Below, piece by piece: positions 55,901-61,900 of a stretch of DNA of 64,000 nucleotides (position 1 is the first letter of the stretch; every line of letters begins with the position of its first letter). Origin of the DNA: an uncultured Gemmataceae bacterium. GTDB lineage: Bacteria; Planctomycetota; Planctomycetia; Gemmatales; Gemmataceae. Both the position numbers and the translations under genes were made by a program. The notes beneath the pieces were generated by a model, which saw nothing but the letters and a program-made list of their open reading frames with translations, made no database searches and was not told the origin of the DNA. The DNA lies in NCBI GenBank assembly GCA_963750165.1, contig CAVVPN010000003.1, forward strand, positions 2,496,001 through 2,560,000. Reading direction: 5' to 3'.

Positions 55901-58900
55901 ATCACCCTCGCCGGCACCAGCGACCAGATCGCCGTCAGTGGTTCCGGCGGCGCCACGATCACCGGCCAGGTGACCGGCACCGCCAACCTGGTCAAGCAAG
56001 GGCCGGGCACGCTGACCCTGACCAGCACCGTCGGGGCTGCCAGTAACTTCGCGGGGCTGACGACGGTTGCCGGCGGCATCCTCAACGTCCAGAGCAGCAC
56101 CGCCCTGGGCAGCAGCCCCGGCGTGGTCGTGGCCGGCGGCGCCACGCTCCAGCTCCAGGCCAACCTGAACGTGGCCAACGGCTCGTCCTCTCCGGGCTTC
56201 ACCCTGAACCGGTCGCTGACCCTCAACGGCACCGGGACCAACGGCAACGGTGCCCTGGAAAGCGTGTTCGGCAACAACAGCGTGACCGGGAACATCAGCC
56301 TGAACTCCTCCACGACCATCAGCGTCGATGCCGGCACCCTGGCGCAGAACACCGGCGTCGTCTCCGGGGCGGGCGACGTGAAAAAGGTCGGCGGCGGCAC
56401 CCTGGCGATCAGTGCCAACAACACCTTCACCGGCCAGTTCAACATCAACAACGGCATCGTCCGGCTCGACGGTGGGCAGTTCGCCCTCGGCTCCATCGTG
56501 GGCGCCACGGTGGTGAACAGCGGCGCCACCCTCCAGCTCAACGCCAACGGCGGCATCTTCCAGGCGGAAACGGTTGTCCTCAACGGCACCGGCTTCGTCG
56601 GCGCCAATCTGGCCGGGGCCCTGGTCGCGCTCCAGACCAACACCTTGCAAGGCAACGTTGTCGTGAACCCGGGGGCGAGCATCGGCGTGGCAACCGGCAA
56701 CACCAGCGCCACCATCGGCGCCTCCGCGACCGGGGCCACCGAGTCGGGCAACACCGTGACGATCACGACCACGGCGGCGCACCCCTTCTCTCCCGGCCAG
56801 ACGGTCGTGATCGCTGGGGTAGGTGTGGCTGGCTACAATGGCACCTTCACCGTCGCCTCCGTCCCGTCCCCGACGACCTTCACCTACATCAATCCCACAA
56901 CGGCCCTGGCTGGTTCGGGAGGCGGGACGGCGACCGCAACTGGCATCGCCCTCACTCTGCCCGGCGGCGTCAGTGGCACAGGCGATTTGACCAAGGTCGG
57001 CGTCGGCACCCTGACCCTGTCGGCCGCCAACACTTACACCGGAAACACAGTCGTGAACGCCGGCACACTGACGCTGGTGGGCGCCGGCAGCGCCCTCAAC
57101 TCGGCCGGCTTCGTCGTCAACCCGGGTGCCACGCTGACGCTCGACAACAACGCCAACGGCTCCACCACCAGCGTCAACCTGGCCAACCGCATCGCCGGCA
57201 CCGCGGGCGTGACGCTCAACGCCGGCACCCTGAATTTCGTCGCCAATGCCGGCCAGGTCTCGGCGCCGGTGGCCACCGCCGAGACCGTCGGCACCCTCAC
57301 CCTTGGCCCCGGCCAGTCCACCATCCAGACCGGCTATACCGTCGCCCCGGCCTTCGGCTCGACCTCCGTGCTGACCTTCAGCAGCGTGGTCCGCTCCCAG
57401 GGTGGCACCGTTAGCTTCGTGGGCAACGGCGGCGGCGGCGCCGGCACCGGCCTGGACACCAGCTACAACCGCATCGCCTTCGCCACCGCCCCGACCACGG
57501 TCGGCAACAACGGCGGCGTCCTGCCCTACGCCACGGTGCAAACGCCCACGGTGACGACGCTCGACTTCGCCACCTACGACCCGGCCGCCAACAGCATCGC
57601 CGCCTTCAGCGCCTACGCCCCGTCGATTGCCGCGGCCGGTCCGGGCGACACCGTCAAGCTGGGCGCCAACGAGGTGCTGACCGGCAACGAGACCATCAAC
57701 GCCCTGCTGCTGGCTGGCGGTACGGTCGGCGAGGCGGCCTTCACCCTGACCGTCGCCAGCGGCGGCGTGGTAAACGCCCTCAACGGCGGCACCAGTAGCA
57801 TCATCGGCGGCTCCCTGGCGTTCGGGACTGCGGAAGGCATCATCCTGACCAACGCGGGCGCTGCCACCACCATCAACAGCCCCATCACGGGCAGCGGCGG
57901 CCTGACCGTCGGCAGCCCGAACGCCGGCTCCGGCGTCCTGAACCTGACCAGTCCGAACCCCTATACGGGCGGCACTACCCTGGGCGGCGGCGTGCTGAAC
58001 GTCGGCAGTGGCGCGGCCCTCGGCACCGGGACCGTCACGCTTATCAACGGCACCGTTCAGGCCCTGGCCGGCTCCACGTTCACCAACGCCGTGGCGTTCA
58101 ACAACAGCTCCGTCACCGTCGCCGGCAGCAACAACCTGACCTTCACCGGCCCGGTCACCCTGAGCGACACCGGCACCGCGGCCAACACCGTGACGGTCAC
58201 CAACACCGCCCAGACAGTCTTCGCGGGGACCGTCAGCGGTTCGGGGGCGCTGTTCCTGGCGGGCACGGGCAACGTCTTCCTCAGCGGGGCCAACACTTAC
58301 TCGGGCAACACTTACCTGACCGGCAACCTCATCACGGTCGCCGGCAGCAGCAGCGCTTTCGGCACCGGCACCCTGGCCCTGACGACCGGCACGCTGCTAA
58401 CCGACGGGACCGCGCGCACCCTGGCCAACAACTTCGTGCTCAACGGTCAGGGCTTCATCTTCGGGGCCAGCAGCTACAACGGCGCCGCCGGCGGCAGCGC
58501 CACCAACGCCAACCTGACCCTCAGCGGCGCCGGCATGCTTGATGTCATCCCGTCCACGACCTACATGGCCTCCTCGTCCGTCGTCGTCGTCTACAACACG
58601 ACCACGTTCGCCGGCCCGGTCGGCGGGCCGGGCGGCCTCGTCGTGGCCGGGCCGGGCAACCTGGTGCTGGCCGGGGCCAACACCTACGCCGGCGGCACCG
58701 TGCTCAATTCCGCGGGCACCGGCCTGGTCGCCAGCATGTTCGCCACGTCGGCCATCTCGACGGTGACCGGCATCAACTTCACGGCGCTGACGCCGCAGTT
58801 CACGCGCATCGACTCGACGGTCAACTACCCGAGCGCCAACCCAGGGTTCGCCACGGCCGGCGGCTTCGGCAACCCGCCGGCGAACCCTCCCGGCCTCGCG

Positions 58901-61900
58901 GTCACCGCCAACGCCTTGATCGAGACCGGCTATCTGAACATCGTGACGCCGGGCAATTACATCTTCCAGTTCATCGGCGACGACGGCGCCGTCGTGTACC
59001 TGGACGGCATCCTCGTGGATAACGGCGACGGCGCAAACCAGACGGCGACCAGCATCGCCCTTCCGCTGACCGCGGGCCTGCACGCCCTGCAAATCCGCGT
59101 GAACAACAACAGCGCCGCCGCCGCCGCGATCCTGAACTACCAGGGCCCGGACACCAACAACGTCAACGTGCTGGTGCCGTTCGGGGCGCTGGCCAACCCG
59201 GCAGGCACCACCGGCTCGCTGCAACTCGGCACCAACACCGCGCTGGGCACCGGCCCGGTGACGCTGTCCAACGGCGTCCTCCAGGCCAACAGCGCCGTCA
59301 CCCTCACCAACCCGCTGTCCGTGACCGGCGGGCCACTGCCAGTCGCCTTCGCCGGCAGCCCCATCACGGTCGCGGCGCCGGCGGCACTCACCGGCAACGT
59401 CGTGCTGTCGGTCAACAACGCGACCACCTTCGGCGGCGACCTCGCCGGCACGTCCGGAGTGACGCTGACGAACCAGCCCGTGGTCGCCGGCACCACCACC
59501 TACACCGGCGTCGGGAATCTGGTGTTCGCCGCGCCGGTCAGCTACTCCGGCACGACGACGGTCAGCGGTGGCACCCTCACGCTGAGTGGCAACGGCGCCC
59601 TGACACAGACCGCCGCCGCCAACGCCGTCCAGGCGGTCAGCATCATCAAGGCCGCCAGCGGCACGTTCACGCTGACCTTCGGCGGCCAGGTCGCCACCGT
59701 CACCTACACCAACACAGCCCCCGGGACGGCCACGGCCGCGGCCATCCAGGCCGCCCTGGACGGTCTTTCGACGATCGGTGGGGTGGGCGGTTTCGTGAGC
59801 GTGACCGCGGCGGCCAGCAGCACCGCCAACAATCAGCTGTTCCTGGTGACGTTCCAGGGCGCCCTGGCCGGCACGCCCGAGCCCCTCATGACGATCAGCA
59901 CCTCCGGCCTGACGGCGTCCGCGAACACTGTACTCGGCTCCGTCTCGCTGGTGACCCAGGGTAGCGCCGCCGTGACCGTCAATAACGGTGGCACGCTGAC
60001 GCTGGACAACAGCGGCACCAACAGCGCTGACCGCATCAACGACGCCGCCACGGTCGCGCTCAACGGCGGCACCCTGAATTTCCTGGGCAACGCTGCCGCC
60101 CTCTCGACCGAGACGCTCGGCGCACTCACCCTGACCGGCGGCGCTTCGACCATCAACGCCGCCAACGGCTCCGGCCAGACCGCCCAGCTGACCTTCGCCA
60201 GCCTCACGCGCAGCGCCGGCGCCGTGGTCAACTTCAGTAACGTCGTCGGCGCCTCGACCGGGGCCGCCCTGGGCAGCGCCGGCAACCAGATCGTCTTTAA
60301 CCTCACCCCTCCCACGCTGACCGGGACATTCCAGCCCGGCGGCACTGGCCTGCTCCCCTACGCCACGGTCAACGGCTCGGACCCGGCCACCTATGCCGCC
60401 AACGGCGTCGTCAGCTACACCGGCACCGGCGCCCCCTACGACGCCACGGTCAGCGCCGCCGCCTTCGGGGACAACGTCAACCTGGCCGGCAACGACACGG
60501 TCACGGCCAGCACCACCATCAACGCCCTGAAGGTCTCGGGCAACGCGACGCTGACCATCAACTCCGGCCAGACCCTCACCGTCAGCAGCGGCGCGATCCT
60601 CGTCACCGGCAGCGGCAGCCTGACGGTCACGGGCGGCGGCACGCTGGCCTTCGGCGCCACCGACGGTATCCTCCAGAGTGCGGCCGGCACGACGGCGACC
60701 CTGGGGAACGTCGCCCTTGGCGGCAGCGGCGGCCTGACATTCGCCGGGGCTGGCACCGTGTCACTGGGGGCCGTCAACGGCGTCACCGGCACCCTCTGGC
60801 TGGACGGCGGCACCCTCAACCTCACCGCTAACACCTTCGGCGCCAACGCCCTGACCCTGACCGCCGGCACCCTGACCGCCGCCACGCCAGTGACGTTCAC
60901 CGGCGCCACCACCTTGAACAACAGCAACGTGACCATCAGCGGCAGTAACGCCATCGTCTTCGCCGGGTCGCTCTCCCTGGCCGGCCTCAACGACACACTG
61001 GCGGTCACCAACACTGGCCCGACGGTCATCACCGGCATCATCAGCGACAACGCCACCAACCCGGCGCGTGCCTTCACCAAGACGGGCGCAGGCACCCTGA
61101 CCCTGACCGGGGCCAACACCTACACCGCCCAGACCAACATCCTGGGCGGTGTCGTCAACGTGCAGAACAACTTCGCCCTTGGCGGCAGCAACACTCAGCC
61201 CTCGGTGAACTCGACGGCGAACGCCTCGGTCGCGAACGCCGCCGGCACACTCGTGGCCGGCGGCGGCACGCTCCAGTTGCAGGGCGGCGTCACCGTCGGC
61301 GAGGCGGTCGCCCTCAACGGCGGCACCCTGGAAAGCCTGACCGGCACCAACGTCTACGCCGGCCCCATCAACCTCAACGCGGCCGGCACCGTGCTGGTGG
61401 ACGTGGGCCAGTTGACGGTGGCGGGCCAGATTTCGGGCACGGCCGACCTGAACAAGCTGGGCGGCGGCACGCTGGTCCTGACCGCGGCCAACACCTACAC
61501 CGGCCAGACCAACGTCACCGCCGGCATCCTGACACTGGGCGGCATCGGGGCGAACGCCGGGGCCAACACCTTCGGCGCGGTCACCGGCAGCATCGCCGTC
61601 ACCAGCGGGGCGACTCTACAACTCAACCCGGGCGCCGCCACCACCTACGCTGGCAAACAGCTGCTCCTGAACGGCTCGGGCCTCGGCCTGACCGCCTCGG
61701 GCCTGCTGATGGCCACCGGCGCCCTGCAGAACGCGCCCACCACCAGCGCCGCCAACACCTGGACCGGCAACGTCGTCCTGAGCACCGACAGTGCCATCAG
61801 CGCGGCCCTGAACAGCCTGACGGTGACGGGCGCCATCAGCGGCCCGGGCGCCCTGGTCAAGGTCGGGGCCAGCACCCTGTTCCTCGGCGCGGCCGACACC

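Noticed and set aside
56700..56945. Bacterial ubiquitin-like system
   Set aside because: Only a fold resemblance inside a surface protein; no E1/E2/JAB genes.
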